NCBI GenBank assembly: GCA_038087875.1
Contig: CM075977.1
Coordinates: 115,506,001 to 115,570,000, forward strand
DNA length: 64,000 bases
From: Malacoraja senta
Lineage: Eukaryota
Reading direction: 5' to 3'
Part shown: positions 25,250 to 38,800 of the stretch, piece after piece
How the letters are laid out: every line of letters begins with the position of its first letter
Position numbering within the stretch: the first letter of the stretch is position 1
Program-made: the position numbers and the translations under genes
Notes under the pieces: generated by a model
Databases searched by the model: none
Told to the model about the DNA's origin: nothing
The model's input: the letters and a program-made list of their open reading frames with translations, nothing else

Positions 25250-26130
25250 GCATCCATTACAAGCCTGCACAGTCTCACAGTTACATCAGCCACTCTTTGC
25301 CACATCCTGCATCCTATATGTAGCCCATTCACCGAGTTCCTACATCGCCATCATATTACTTCTTTCCACACAGTTGCCTCTGAGATGGCTTCCTTCTTCC
25401 TGAACCGTGGCTTCCTCTCCACCTTAGTTAGATTGCATCTCATCCATTTGCCACATTTCTGCTCTCAATCCCTCTCTTCCTGGACTAGTAAAGGATAACA
25501 TTTTGTTGGTTCGCAGCCGCTAACCTACCAGCCTTTACAATCAACTGAACATCCTTCCTAATTTCCATAACTTCACCAAGATTCCACCACCAAACATATA
25601 TTTCCTTCCCCTTTCCTTTCAGCGTTTTGTTGGGACTGTTCCCTTTGCGATTCCTTAATCTGCTCTCATACAGGAATCTAAACACATCTTACACTTCTAA
25701 TGTGCTGCTTTTCTTGTTCACAATATGCTCACCTCTATATTTTAGAAACTGAGCACAGATTAGCGAAGCACTTTGCAGAACACCTACTTTCAGCCTTCAG
25801 GGAGAACCCTAAGCTTTATATTGTCTGCCACTTCCATTCTCATTCCTATTTGCCACTCTGACCTCTGTCTGAGACTTTATGTTACAAAGAGACTCAGTGT
25901 TTAAAGAACCATAGCTCATTTCCTGATGGGCATATTGTGACTTTCCAGATATGCAACTTGAGTTCTAGACCCAGTATCAAACAAACTGGGTCATCTATCT
26001 GTAATCAAAACACAAAGTGCTGGAGGAACTCAGACATTTCCATTCCCTCGATAGATGCTGCCTGATCCACAAAGTTCCTCCAGCTCTTTGTGTTTTGCTA
26101 GATACTCCAGAATCTGCAGTTTCTTGTCTC
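25250..26130. mobile_element. Decayed Penelope-like relics
   Basis: Degenerate match to the PLE endonuclease region (CACTTTGCAGAACACCT...GTCTGCCACTTC) and a terminal inverted fragment at 26005-26125. Confidence 0.55.
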
Positions 26131-26711
26131 ATCTACTTGCGATATTGGCCCCATTTTCCTAACTCCATTAGGATAGCCTACCTTGCTGGTCTTGTTCTGC
26201 ATCTCTGCATTTTGCAAATTTGCATTCCATTGCTTGTGTTCCCACTCTCAAACTCGCACACAGACAGACACGCATGTGTACACACTTTTCAATCCGTCTT
26301 CAGTTTGCATGCTACAGTTGGTAATGCAGATGCAATTTCTTTCAGCACTGCCGAGAGATATGTGTTTTTTCAGAGACAAAATGAGAAAACGCAAAACCCA
26401 TGACAATAACATTCAGGTTCAGTAACAGCTTCTTCCCAACAGCCATCAGGCTATTGAGAACTACAAATTCCAACTAAACTACAAACTACAAACTGCCTGG
26501 GTTGCTCAAGGGACTTTGGGCTTAGTTTTGTTTTGGCACTATACTGTTTTTTTTATTTATTGAACATTTTTATTTATTTTTTTAATTTAAGAATTTTACT
26601 GTTCCGTTTCTGAACATATGATAATAAAACACTCTTAACTCTCTTTTGAGATATCTTATAATTTGCATATCAGGTACAGCCTTCTTCAGACACATATTAC
26701 AAATTTCATTT

Positions 26712-27225
26712 TTTTAGTTTAGAGATACAGCGCGGAAACAGGCCCTTCGGCCCACCGGGTCCACGCCGACCAGCGATCCCCGCACATTAACACTATCCTA
26801 CGCTCATTAGGGACAATGTTTACATTCACCAAGCCAATTAACCTGCAAACCTGACAGGATGCGAGTTCACCCAAGAGCTCTCCCGAGTTTTAAAAAAAAT
26901 CAAACTCGTAGTATGTACGGAGCGGATACGTAGGACCTTGTGGATGTCCCGTAGCGGCTCGTAATGCTAACGGCAGGTACTCGGGAAACGCAGTAACACA
27001 TGAAGTTTTTTCAACACTGTGAAAAATGTCCAAGAGTTTCCAGAGTACCTGCCGTTAGTTACCGCATTTCCCGAGTACCTGCCGTTCGCATTACGAGCTG
27101 CTACGGGACATCCACGAGGTCCTACATACCTGCTACATACATACCACGAGTTTGATTTGGAATGTGGGAGGAAACCAAAGATCTCGGCGAAAACCCACGC
27201 AGTCACGGGGAGAACTACAAATTCT
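26712..27225 (-). mobile_element. SINE interrupted by an internal fragment (about 26855-27150) of the Harbinger MITE family
   Basis: SINE tail at 26712-26853 and V-core at 27160-27215; the insert shares GCTCTCCCGAGTTTTAAAAAAAATC and GCTAACGGCAGGTACTC with 21570-21888. Confidence 0.8.
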
Positions 27226-28284
27226 CCCTACAATTATATTGGCATAGTATTGTTGTTCTACTGCTGTGAATCATCTGTGCTGAATCCTGCATTTCTTTCT
27301 TTTAAAAATACAAATTAAGTGTTTCTGTGGGTTGACTGAGGCGAATAAAGAAATCTGCCCATTTTTAGTTAGAAAGTAGAATTTTACTTTTTCCCATTAA
27401 TATTTTCCTTTTGTGGACCCTTGTCGCATAACATTTTCAATACACTTCAAAAGACACTAACAATTGGGGGGGGGGGGGGGGGGGGGGTTCTGCCAATCCC
27501 AGCAGTTCACTAACAGAACCCATCATCCAAGGTAAGAGGCATGCAGAAAAATTGCACAATAACAGAGTTCCAAAGTTCTTATTGTGAACAAGGTGAAAAA
27601 TCTGGCAGGTCTCAAGAGTGAAGGCTTCAAAATGAGAGGATTCCAATTTTACCAGGATCTTTCACCAAGTCCCCAAGTCCTTATAAAATCCCACCAGCTG
27701 AAATGGCCAGGAGCTCTGCAGACAAAGATAATTGATCCCAGATGGACTGATTACCTAGTTTGTCCCAGCAAGTGGTTCCTTTGGCATTTAAATACATTTT
27801 TGCCATGCTTTCTTATCCCTAGAATCCCTCAGGGAACATGGTGGACAAGCTGTTAGTATCTCAATTGCAAGTATAAATCAGAGCAAGTAAATCCTCCTCG
27901 TGGCCCCACACCATGCCAATATAATTCCTCTTCATCCTCAAAATTTGGAATGGTATTTAGGGTTTGCTGCGTGAAAGATTAAATCCTCCCATCATTGACA
28001 GCCACAGATTTAGATTGTTGTTTCAGTTATAGCGAACAGAAGTATGGAAATGACAACTTTAACTTTACCACTGGATGTACTGAAACCAGAAGCACAATAT
28101 CCAATAGGTGCTTGATTTGTGGTAAGTTGGTGCTCTTTTTATACATACTAACCTGACATGAGAAATAAGTGACAAAAACCCTGCAGACACATACAGAATT
28201 ATTTACTTATAAATGTATTGACAGTATACTTCAGCCAACCACTGAAGATATTAATCTAAGGTTGGACAAAATGTTTAAGAGGTA

Positions 28285-28352
28285 GACAACTCAGCGGGTG
28301 AGGCAGCATCTATGGAGCGAAGGAAATAGGTGACGTTTCGGGTCGAGACCCT
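28285..28352 (-). mobile_element. Penelope-like terminal fragment
   Basis: ACTCAGCGGGTGAGGCAGCATCTATGGAGCGAAGGAAATAGGTGACGTTTCGGGTCGAGACCC. Confidence 0.75.
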
Positions 28353-31300
28353 GTTGGAGTTCACTCTATATTTGTCACAATAGGTTCCTTTACCTTGTTC
28401 CCATTCCGGAATCCAATTAAGCCTCTACCAGTGAACTTTTAAGATTTTTTCATTAATTTTTCAGGAACTGGACTTTGTTGCAAGGCTCTTCTCGAACTGC
28501 CCTTGAGAAGGTAGTGGTGACTTGCATTCTTGAATTATTCTTCTGAAGATGTTCGCACCGTTCAACTCTGGAGGGACTCCCATCATTTAAATCCAGCAAC
28601 AGTGAAGGAATGATAATGTTTTTGTTCATGTCAGGATGGTGAGTGACTTGGAGGGAAGAAGTAGGTGACGGTGTTCCATACACCTGCTACACTTGCCCAT
28701 CTTGGTGATAGCGGTCATGGGTTTGAGCAATATCATCCGAGCAGTCTAGATAAGTAACTGGAGTTCTTTTTGAAAGCTGTGCACACTCTACCTTTGTGTA
28801 CCAGTGTTTGGGGAAATTAGTGTTTGGGGTGATCGATGAGATGCAGTCAAGAAGGCCGATTTATCCTGGGCAGTGTCAAGCTTCTTGAGCATCGTTCATT
28901 GAAACTTAACTCAGGTCAATAGAGAAGTTTGAATTGTGTCTTGAAAATTAGGTTATGAAATTAACTACTGAGTACATTGAAGCCCAGGGGCTACAATATC
29001 CAATAGGTTTGTGAGCATAAAATTGGTAAGGACTCTTAGGCCCAAATGGCCATTTTAGTAAATAACAATCTTTTAAAAATCCATGTAGGAATTTGCAAAT
29101 CAAATCTATTTCATTTTATTCCATCACGCAGAAGTTGAAACTATTAAAATAACAGGCGTTTTGAAGAAATAAGCTAGTTTTTTTTTTTTTGCAGAGCCCT
29201 AGAAGAAAAGAATCCTCATCAAGAAAAGAAGGGTGACCTGAAATTGGTCTTTAAGATCAGGAAAGTATTTTGCAGAGTGGAGATAGATAAGATGTTAACA
29301 TACAAGAGAGATTTCAACACTAGGATTATATATGTGAGATATTCACCAATAAATCCAACAGGGATTTCAAAAGATTCTTCAATCCTACTGCATTGGCTAG
29401 TTAGGGAAAGTAACATTGGTGAAAAATAATGATCTAAGAGACAGGAGGAAAACAAATAAAAGGTTATATCAGTGGAAAGAGAAGAAGACAAATGGCAGGA
29501 GGCATTAAAGCATAATCACTAGAATAATCATTTGGTCAAATGATCCACTTTGATATGGTAAATTCTATGCATTTTAGTGTAAATGTTGATTGCTCGTATC
29601 ATGTGTGGAGTGAAGGGCTGAACATGAGCCATACAAGTCAGAAAATCTGCAAACTAAACTAAGTCAGGAGCTCATTTTGAGCTTTCGATCTTTATTCTCT
29701 CAAACTAAATTGAAAGTTGTTTAAAACTGTGGCATGTTTGAGATTAGCAATTTTCAGAAAGAATTGCAAGAGATTTGGCAATTACGCAGAGGGATGTGGC
29801 TGTCGAAAGTGTATAAAGCTCGTGATAACCACAATCCAAAGTCATGTTACTGGGAAGCCTCGGACATGGTAAATGCAGAGTGTAAAATCAAAACATCGAT
29901 TGAAAAAAGGTGTAAACATTTATTAATGCAATTAAATAAATTGCAGTGGGGCTGTTTAAAGAAACATTAAAGAAAAACACAATCAACAGCCACCGAGTTC
30001 AGTATGAATACGGAATATGATATCTTAAACAAGTGTGGAATGAATTTAAGCAACATATTAAATAGAATTAGGGAGATATAAGGGAAAAGAGACATCTCAC
30101 ACATGGAGTGAATTTAACATGAAAAGAAGTTGCCACCATTCTGAAAATTCTTAGCTCAACATTCAAGAGGCTTGTGCACAAAATTCTAGGCAGACACATT
30201 AATGTGAAACAAAGAGATTGGTGTATTCTCAATGGCAGCATTATTCTTACGCCACTTATTCTTATTCAACCAGCTTAATGCAAAAAAAACTGCTGCAATG
30301 TCTGAAAGAAGAGGTAAGATGTCCTTCTTGTCTTGGCAAAGATATAGCTCTCCTTCAATATCACAAAAATAAATTAACGTAACTGTTTGTGGAAATTTGC
30401 TATATGGAAATTTGTTGCCATTTTTATGTTAACACTGACTACAAATAATCTCACTGAATGTAAGACATTTGAGAATTCCAAAGGTTAGGAAAGGTGCCAA
30501 GTAAGTACAAGTCTAACATTTTTTAAACTCCAGATCATCTTTAGCTTCCAAAATCAAGGCTTGATCCTCAAACTGAAACTCTTCCATGAAGAACAAGTAA
30601 ATAATTCATCAGCAGAATTAAAAGATATATGGATTAAATGGAGTGATCCCAGTTTTACTCTAAACCAATTGATTGCCATAATAAATATGCCAATTTTGAA
30701 TATAGCAAACAACTAAGCGATACTTTTAAAAGATGAGGACTATTTAGCCATAAAGTTATGGAATAATATAGCATGCAAACAGGCCCCTTGGCTCAACTCA
30801 TCCACACCAACCAAAATGAACAACTGAGCTAGGCATAGTCGGATTTTACTGGATTTTATCTTGTACTGACCATTATTCCCTTCATCCTGTATCTGTACAT
30901 TGTGAACGGCTTGATTGTAATCATGTATACAGTCTTTCTGCTAACTAGATAGCATACAACTAAAAAGCTTTTCACTATTCCTCGATACACGTGACAATAA
31001 ACTAAACTAAACTAAACATAGGCCTATATTCCTCCAAACATTTCCAAACCATGTACCTGCCCAAACGTTTTTGAAATGTTATTATTGTATCAGCCTCGTG
31101 CACTTTGGCTAGCAGCTCATTCCATATACACACCACCCTCTGCATGAAGAGGTTGCCCTTTTAAATCTTTCCCCTCTCACCTTAAACCTATACCACCTTG
31201 TTTTTGTTTCTCCATCCTGTTCCAGATCTACAATGGAATGACCTAGTAGGGGTGTTATGCTTGGAGACACCCATTTGCAAATGCAGAAACATAATATTGC

Positions 31301-31486
31301 AGAGGCTGAAAACTTGTAATGAATAAAACAGATCATCCAGATGTTGTCAATAGTTAATATAAATGTAAAGGATGTTAGAAAGAAAAACAACATTGGTTAC
31401 AACAGCCACTAAATGAACAACTCTTTTGTTTTGGAAGCAGTTTAAGTTTGCATTTCTCACAAAGTAGTAGCCTAACTTCATAGATA

Positions 31487-31585
31487 CATAGATACATAGA
31501 AAATAGGTGCAGGAGTAGGCCATTCGGCCCTTCGAGCCTGCACCGCCATTCAATACGATCATGGCTGATCATCCAACTCAGTATT
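31487..31585 (-). mobile_element. CR1 LINE extreme 3' fragment
   Basis: Reverse complement of GGCTCGAAGGGCCGAATGGCCTACTCCTGCACCTAT with a (CATAGATA)n tail. Confidence 0.85.
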
Positions 31586-34302
31586 CAGAAGTGTGCCTAT
31601 CCGCACTGTAGAATACAATACATTGATGTGAGATTTCCTTAGGGGCACTGCTCACAATATTAGGGCAGCATGAGATAAAATGTAAAACAAGGTTTTCCCA
31701 ATGTTACTGGTCATTCCCAACAATCCCAAGAAAATGATTACTGTTCAGAGAATACAATTCCGCTACTAAATGTTATGCACAAGACAGCAGTTGTTCCTGA
31801 TAAGGAGAGTCAGATTTGTAGAAAATATTACTCATTTTCTCTCAATAATTATTGCTCAAACTACCAATGCAACATTACTGGAATGTTAGTTTTGACCAAA
31901 GTTTTATCTAAGCTTTATATGAAAATTTCATTAGCTCGAACAGGCCAAAGCTCATTTGCATGCTTATGTGTGTGCATGTGTGCATGCATGGGTGATGCTT
32001 AACGTATTACATTTATACTATTTTTTAAATCAATAATGTTAATTGATTATTTTTACAGATACATTAAAGTAACTCCCAGCTCAGTCAACATTACAAAGTC
32101 CTCATAACAAACATCTGAGGACTAGTGAAGGCTCAAAATATAATTAAATTGAGGAAACAGACATTAGTGATACATTTACAGTATTTTTTGAGGAATGTTT
32201 AAATTATTTAAAGTAAGTAATGGTTCTGAGCTTCAGATTTATTCCACATATGATCCCCGAGGCAGCCTGGCATGGCCTAACAGGGCTGCTCGGGTTCTGG
32301 GCTTCATTACCATGGCCATGCCACAAAGGTGGAGGGTTCATGACAGACATCAGGGCTCAGACAGCAGAGCACTAGACCCTGCCCCTGACCATCTTGATCG
32401 TCTTCTGACACATTATGCCGTGGGAGTCCCTGACGGGTGTGAGAGGTTATGGGGAGAGGTTATGGGGAGAAGGGGTTTGTAGGGAGAGATAGATCAGCCA
32501 TGATTGAATGGCAAAGTAGACTTGATGGGCCGAATGGCCTAATTCTACTCCTATTACTTATGACCTTTTAACTGCTTCTAAATGTGTCCAAATCTGAAAC
32601 ATTAAAAATAATTAATATCCATTAAAATATTTTTTAAACTGAATTTTGCCAATGAGTTGTTCATAACATTTAAAATATATTTTTTTAACTTACCTGATGT
32701 TAATAAGATAATATAATAATTATCATTAATTGATATAATATCAATTAATTATACTAATGTCAATTAAATATAAGGAAAATAATTTCTAATCTTTCAATTC
32801 AGAATAGCGATCCAATTTCAGGGACATAAAATGGTGGGGACCAAGATGAAGTACATCTAGCCCCTCAGTTTTATGCTAAATCCCAAAATTGGTTTATACT
32901 AACGGACAGCAATTCAGAGGAATCAAATTACCAGCAATCATGATTATTTCACATTCCCTCTTTCCTTAACCATTGGACATTTTCTTCACCTTCCTGGCAT
33001 CTGGTTTATTCCCAGTTTCTTTTCCAAAATATCCAAGCTCTGTAATATTTTCTTCCCAGATTCAGTGCTTCAACTCCACTGTGTTCAGTCCCACTAAGAA
33101 CAGCCCTCAGTGCTACATTCCCCACGTGTTCTCAGCTGCATTTCGCTGAAATCAGCACACAGATTCTGTTCCCACTTACCGACTCACCTGATTGCATCTT
33201 GTCATTACTTTTTTCTACGACTCCCGGCAATATCACTGGAAATTGTCGAAAATATTATAACGTTTAAAAAATGCTATAGCAGTTCTCAAAGAGTTAATGT
33301 AGAAGTACTGTTCCAATCTATAACAAGTTGACAGAAACAATGATAACTTTTCGCTAGTATATACCAACCGGGTGACACAATCCAGATGTTTTTTCCCTCT
33401 TTTCTCGAAATGAGGCCCAATTTAAATCATTTGCCTTAAGGCAAGGGGTCAGTGATAGCACCCAGATCACATTGGTCCCGTCTCAACCAGCGGCTTCTCC
33501 ACAAACAAAGCAAACTACTGTTGAGGCAAACATTTCAGTCCTCAATGTCTCATCATCTTGCCGGGAGAAAATGCCTGCGGCAGCAACAAGCAATCACATT
33601 GCCCAGCCAGACAAATTGGTGGAAAACTGTTTTATAACAAAGATTCTGCAGTCCGTACAGAGGAAGATAGTCAAATTACAGGTAGCTTGATGCCTCCGTT
33701 GTTCGCATGCAATGATGAAACTACAAGTGGCTGAATTGTATGTGTACAAGCAGCATCAGAACACGCGGCATGTGCCAGCTTTTGAAGCATGAGTTGGCTC
33801 CTCTTCTTTTCTGCTTCTTCCTTTCTAGATGACGAGCCTCATTGTCTTTTCTCTTCCGTCTGGTTAGTAACTCAAAGAGCCTGATCAAAATCGGTAGTTG
33901 CCTTTCTACGCAGATGCACCAGAAAAAATGCATCGGAATGTGTTTCATAAATTTTTAGATGAAGGTGTTAAATAATCTACTGTTGGCACAGTTGCATTTA
34001 ATCTTGAGATGGGCAACTGAAATGCCAATGTTACACCCTTCAAAAAGCAAGGTAAAAATGGTTTGGGAGTTCACCTATTATCATGTAAGGCAGACTAAAT
34101 TTGTGCAGTGAAAGCACAAAAGCAATTTTATCATAAATCGATTGGGCAATGGCTAGTTGTGAACCAGATTATATAAACTAAGCAAGGGGATAGCATGATA
34201 TTTGAGGATAAATTAATCTAGAACTGTTGGAACAAAAAAATAATATTCTGTAATTGCTATTCTACCCAGCCAAAATATATATAGAAAGATTTTTAGTGTA
34301 TA

Positions 34303-34663
34303 CTAGACGACCCGTGAACCCGTTGGGTTCCCGTTGTGATGCCAGTATTAGATCAAAATAGCAATCTGAAAAAGGCGATCTCATCATGTATATATATATA
34401 TATATGTATGTACCCGAAATACAGCCAAAACGGTACACGATAGCACAACAATTTGAACGAAACTTGATACTGCACACTGCAGGCGAATGGTGAGTAAGGT
34501 GCCGCTAAAATTGTTACGCTATCGTGTACCAATTTGGCTGTATTTCGGGAACATACATACATACATACACACATACATACATACATACATACATACATAC
34601 ATACATACATACATACACACATATGTACATACATACAAGATGACACTTTTAGTTATATATAGA
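34303..34663 (-). mobile_element. Complete short non-autonomous Helitron with internal (TACA)n microsatellite
   Basis: Minus strand begins A|TCTATATATAACTAAAA and ends GTCTAG|T; subterminal hairpin GAACCC-GTT-GGGTTC at 34316-34330 about 10 nt from the CTAG end; no TSD. Confidence 0.82.
34552..34636 (+). repeat. (CATA)n tetranucleotide microsatellite
   Basis: About 20 slightly imperfect CATA units. Confidence 0.95.
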
Positions 34664-34696
34664 TTCAGACAAACATTTCAAATAATACAGATATCA

Positions 34697-34890
34697 TCTA
34701 TACATAACTAAAACTGATCTTGTCCTCTTCCGGTTCGCGCGGTTTTTCTATTTGCGCAAAAACGGTACATGATAGTGCTACGATTTTTCATCAGCCCACT
34801 CACCGTTCTCCTGTGCTGCGATTGCAACAAGTTTCGTTCCGATCGGTAGTATATTGTAAAAGTTTAAAAATCATAAAAACCGCGTGTAGC
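34697..34890 (+). mobile_element. 5' portion of a second Helitron-like element
   Basis: A|TCTATACATAACTAAAACTGATCTTG start shared with 6727; no CTRR end visible. Confidence 0.65.
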
Positions 34891-35049
34891 AAAGGAGATT
34901 CAATGGCCCATAACCTATTTCATTTCCTACTTCTTATCATCATGAGTTCTTTACGATTAGATGTGGGACAAGAGAGAACAGTGAGATGATATGGTAAGGG
35001 CAGCTTGATGGCAAAAGGACAGACAACTGTCCAGCAGCTTGAGGTGACA

Positions 35050-35870
35050 ATACCATGAAAGGTTGACAACTAAAAGAAAGGAAATTAAAGAGTATTTTTC
35101 AGAGGTAGGGCTGAAGGTAAATTGAAAGATGATGATGTGTTGATAGCAAGGAAAATAAGAGCAGTAGCCAGTTCAGTTCAAATAAATCTCGGTCAGAACT
35201 TGAGGCATGTATGGCACAAGCTTAGGGGTCAGGACAAGGGGTCGAGAAGTGAATGAAAGTAAAAGGGTAGGTGTTGCATCTCCTGTGGTTGTATGGGAAA
35301 TGGGTGTTTTTGCAGGGGTATGATTGGTAAAGAAGAGCAAACCATTGATAATGAAAAGTGTGGAAAAATATCTCCCGTAGTGTAATCTCATAGAAAGTGA
35401 TGCATTAAATCTGGAGACTGGCAAGATGGAAAGCAAGCACACATTTTTATTCGAGCTGGGTGGAGAGCAGATGAGAGCAGAGGTGTGGAGAAGGTCCTGT
35501 CAGCTCTGACAATGAAGGAGCCAAGGTTAAGGAAGAAGTAAAACATCTCAGAAATACTGGTGTGGAAAATCTTAACTTCAAACAGATGCAACAGAAATTG
35601 AGTAACTGGAAGAATAGAATGAAGTATTTACAAGAAATATGGTTGGTCTGTAGGCTTGTTGTGGATATTGGTTACAAGCATATCACCTGAAATGGAGATA
35701 GATAAGTCAAGAAAGGTAAAGGAAGAGTTAGAGATTGGCCATGTGAAAATAATGGCAAGGTGGAAATTGCAAGTACATTTAATGGGTTTGATAAATGTTG
35801 TAAGTCCAAGAAGCAGTACAATATGACACAAAAAAATGAGGGTAGGATCCTGAATAGACTGAAACAAAGA
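35050..35870 (-). mobile_element. Old Penelope-like RT relic
   Basis: Minus ORF 35628-35867 contains FTFLDLSISISGDMLVTNIHNKPTD, matching the PLE RT FLD...T..Y.KPT motif. Confidence 0.7.
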
Positions 35871-38800
35871 ATTTAACTTTAAAATGTTTGGAATCTTATT
35901 TCTTCTTATATTAATTCTTGAAAAGATGGGGAAAATTAAATATGTTTCATTAGATTTGTTTTTTTCTCAGTTCTAAAATTTCTTTCCTTCTCGTTGTTTT
36001 TTGTGCTCCATTTGACATTGAGTTCACCATTTTTGTTCATACTTCACATTCCATATACTTTATTAAAAGTGCAATACCCATTTGCAATTCTCAATTTGAT
36101 TGGGTAAGAAGACATATCATTGCTTCCCCCTCTTTACATAGGTCCCAAGCACCCTAACAAAGATTTAAGATAGTTGAATAATGGAAATTGATGGAAATCT
36201 ATGATAGTTGCAAATACAACAACATTCTGAAACCATTCATAAACTATCCACCTCAAAATCTAGCATATTCAAGGCAAATTATAAAGAGATGATAAATTAA
36301 TTAAGGGGATGAATGGTTAGCAAAACAGGCATTTCACCAAGAAACTATTGAAACTAGTCAAAGAATTATTTGTACAATATCAACTCAGTACATTCCCTGA
36401 AGATCAAGGACTTAATTTGCCTAGTTAGGCACCATAGTCAAATTACAGTTGAGGGACAGCGTAATCTAAAATAAAGTGTTTGTATGAGGGTACCAAACTA
36501 GAAATAAAGTGGTCTTAGAATTCTATTGAAAGGGGGAAAAAAATTAAATCACAGAAAATATTAAAAGGAAAATTATAGAAATTTGCATGAGATATCAATG
36601 TAATCACAACATATTTTCACCAAATATTTTACAAGATACTAATAAAATGTATAATGAATGTGAGGGAATGATGGGTGATGTTGGAAATGCTAGGCAGCGA
36701 AATGAGTTCCTTGAATCTGCAGTCACACTAACAGCCATTTGAACATGTAAACATAAAAATGTAATGGAAAATAATGTTTTAACCTAAAGTGCTCTCATTA
36801 TGCATCTTTGAGAGGCTTAATCATGAGTCACATCAAAGAGGTCTGACATGACTTGACTGGTAATATTCTTGAATGGGATAAAGAAGGCATTATTTTAATT
36901 ACCTGGTAAAAGTAAAAATAAGTCGTCGTGCCCAATAAATATGCCTAACCTAAACTAAAGCTTCAATTTCTGAACAATATATGGTCAATTATTTTTAATT
37001 TGTTTCAGCTGTTATTCAATCAATTCAAGTATTCTATTAATTAACAAACTCGCATAGTGCACAATGTAGATATTGTAGCAACTGTCCTTGTTTTCTTACC
37101 AAGATATACATCTCATTTTTTATTCAGAAGCAACATATTCTGTCAAGTTCCTTGAATCTTATGCTGTTATGTTGTTGAGCAACTCAGTTTGTAACACGTT
37201 TTTTTCACCACCAGGAGATGCGATTACTTCTACTTCCTGAAAAACATTTGGTCTGGGTGCCATCGCGATTACTAATGTGTGGATGTAACTGCGCTAAAAT
37301 AGCTTCTGGTAGAATAAAGTCTCATTAGATTAATATTTATAATTTCTCAGATAATGTGCCAATCTGAGAAATATTACAATGCCCATGATACATACGGGAC
37401 TAAATCAAATAAAGAAGATGTTTTGAAAAAGGATATGTGCAAGCAAGGCAGCACCTTGCTGCTGTGTCCATTCAGAGTGAGAGAGAGGAGATTCTGAGAG
37501 CAAGTCACCTTGGCTGAACTTGAGAACCTCCTGAGATTTGGTCATTGGATGGATCTTTGGAGCATGTTGGCTGTTTGCCCTATAAGCAAGAAAATGTGAA
37601 ATACTGCAGGCTGATCTTAAAAACTACAACTTTTTGGTTAGGAAAATATGTATTACAGTATATAGAGCAAATTGGATTACAGAAAACATTATCCAATGAC
37701 AGCAGACTGTTAATCACTAACAGTCTTAGAAATACTACAGATCAAATAGCTGACAAGTTTCCATTGAAAACTTTGTAATATGTAATTAGAGAAAAAATAT
37801 CGATGCCAAATTGTCTTCTGAGAATGACAACAAGGTCTTCCATTCAAATTGAGTCAAGAACTGAAAATGTTTTCATGGATCTATGAGCTTACACTTCCAT
37901 CAACCTGAATATTATTCACTTCATGTCCAGTAACTACGCAAGCATACAAGCTATTTAAATGGAAATAAAAAATGCTTTTGTTTCTGTAAGCCAATAATCA
38001 GGCTGACCAACAGTGAGTATCTTACGGATATAATATAAGAATGTCTGAATGCTGCAGACCTTATATTTCGATATATAGATGCCCCTTAAGGAAACATTTG
38101 TAAGGTAGGTTTATAGGTATGATGAAACCCTGATTATTATTTGATCTAAGAAGGAAAGGACCTGAGATGGTGCAACTAAGATTCAAATGGGCCAGATATA
38201 AAAGGATTAATTTTAATATTACTATTCAACCAGGCCTCTACATTCCACTGTTCTAATTAAGTATCTATACAATGATTTGTCCTTTAAATGTGATTACTGG
38301 TATTTAAAAAAAATTGAAAGTGACAATCAAACACTCCAACAACATCAATAATTATGTTGAAACTTATTTCCAGTACTCTTCAATTACACTGATCCAAATT
38401 ACTGCCTCTTCTCCAGATCCTAAGCATTTTATAATTCCAAGCATTGCTGTATGTCAGTTTTATTGATGCTAGTTAATATATTATTTATTTTTGATATATG
38501 ATTAAATGTACAGTAAAGATCAATATATTGATGAAATAATATATTTCCCAGCGCAGAAAAATGAATGCATTGTGACTTTGATTATTTAGTTTTTCTCCTT
38601 CAACTTGATGCTGAAATACAGAAAAAAACCATTACAAAGGAATTTAAAGATCAGGCAATTTACAAAGACAGTATATTTTTAAAATGTCATTACATTTAGT
38701 GTATGTTATCCATACACTACCAAACAGAAATTGCTTTTTTTGGCTATCTTGAATACATTTAGTGGTATTGGTTACAGTAACTCAGCAACAGAGCAAACTT

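Noticed and set aside
27466-27488. Poly(G) run
   Set aside because: Simple homopolymer, common in this window, with no supporting context.
34353-34711. ORFs with MYVC/YIHT repeats
   Set aside because: Translations of the (CATA)n microsatellite.
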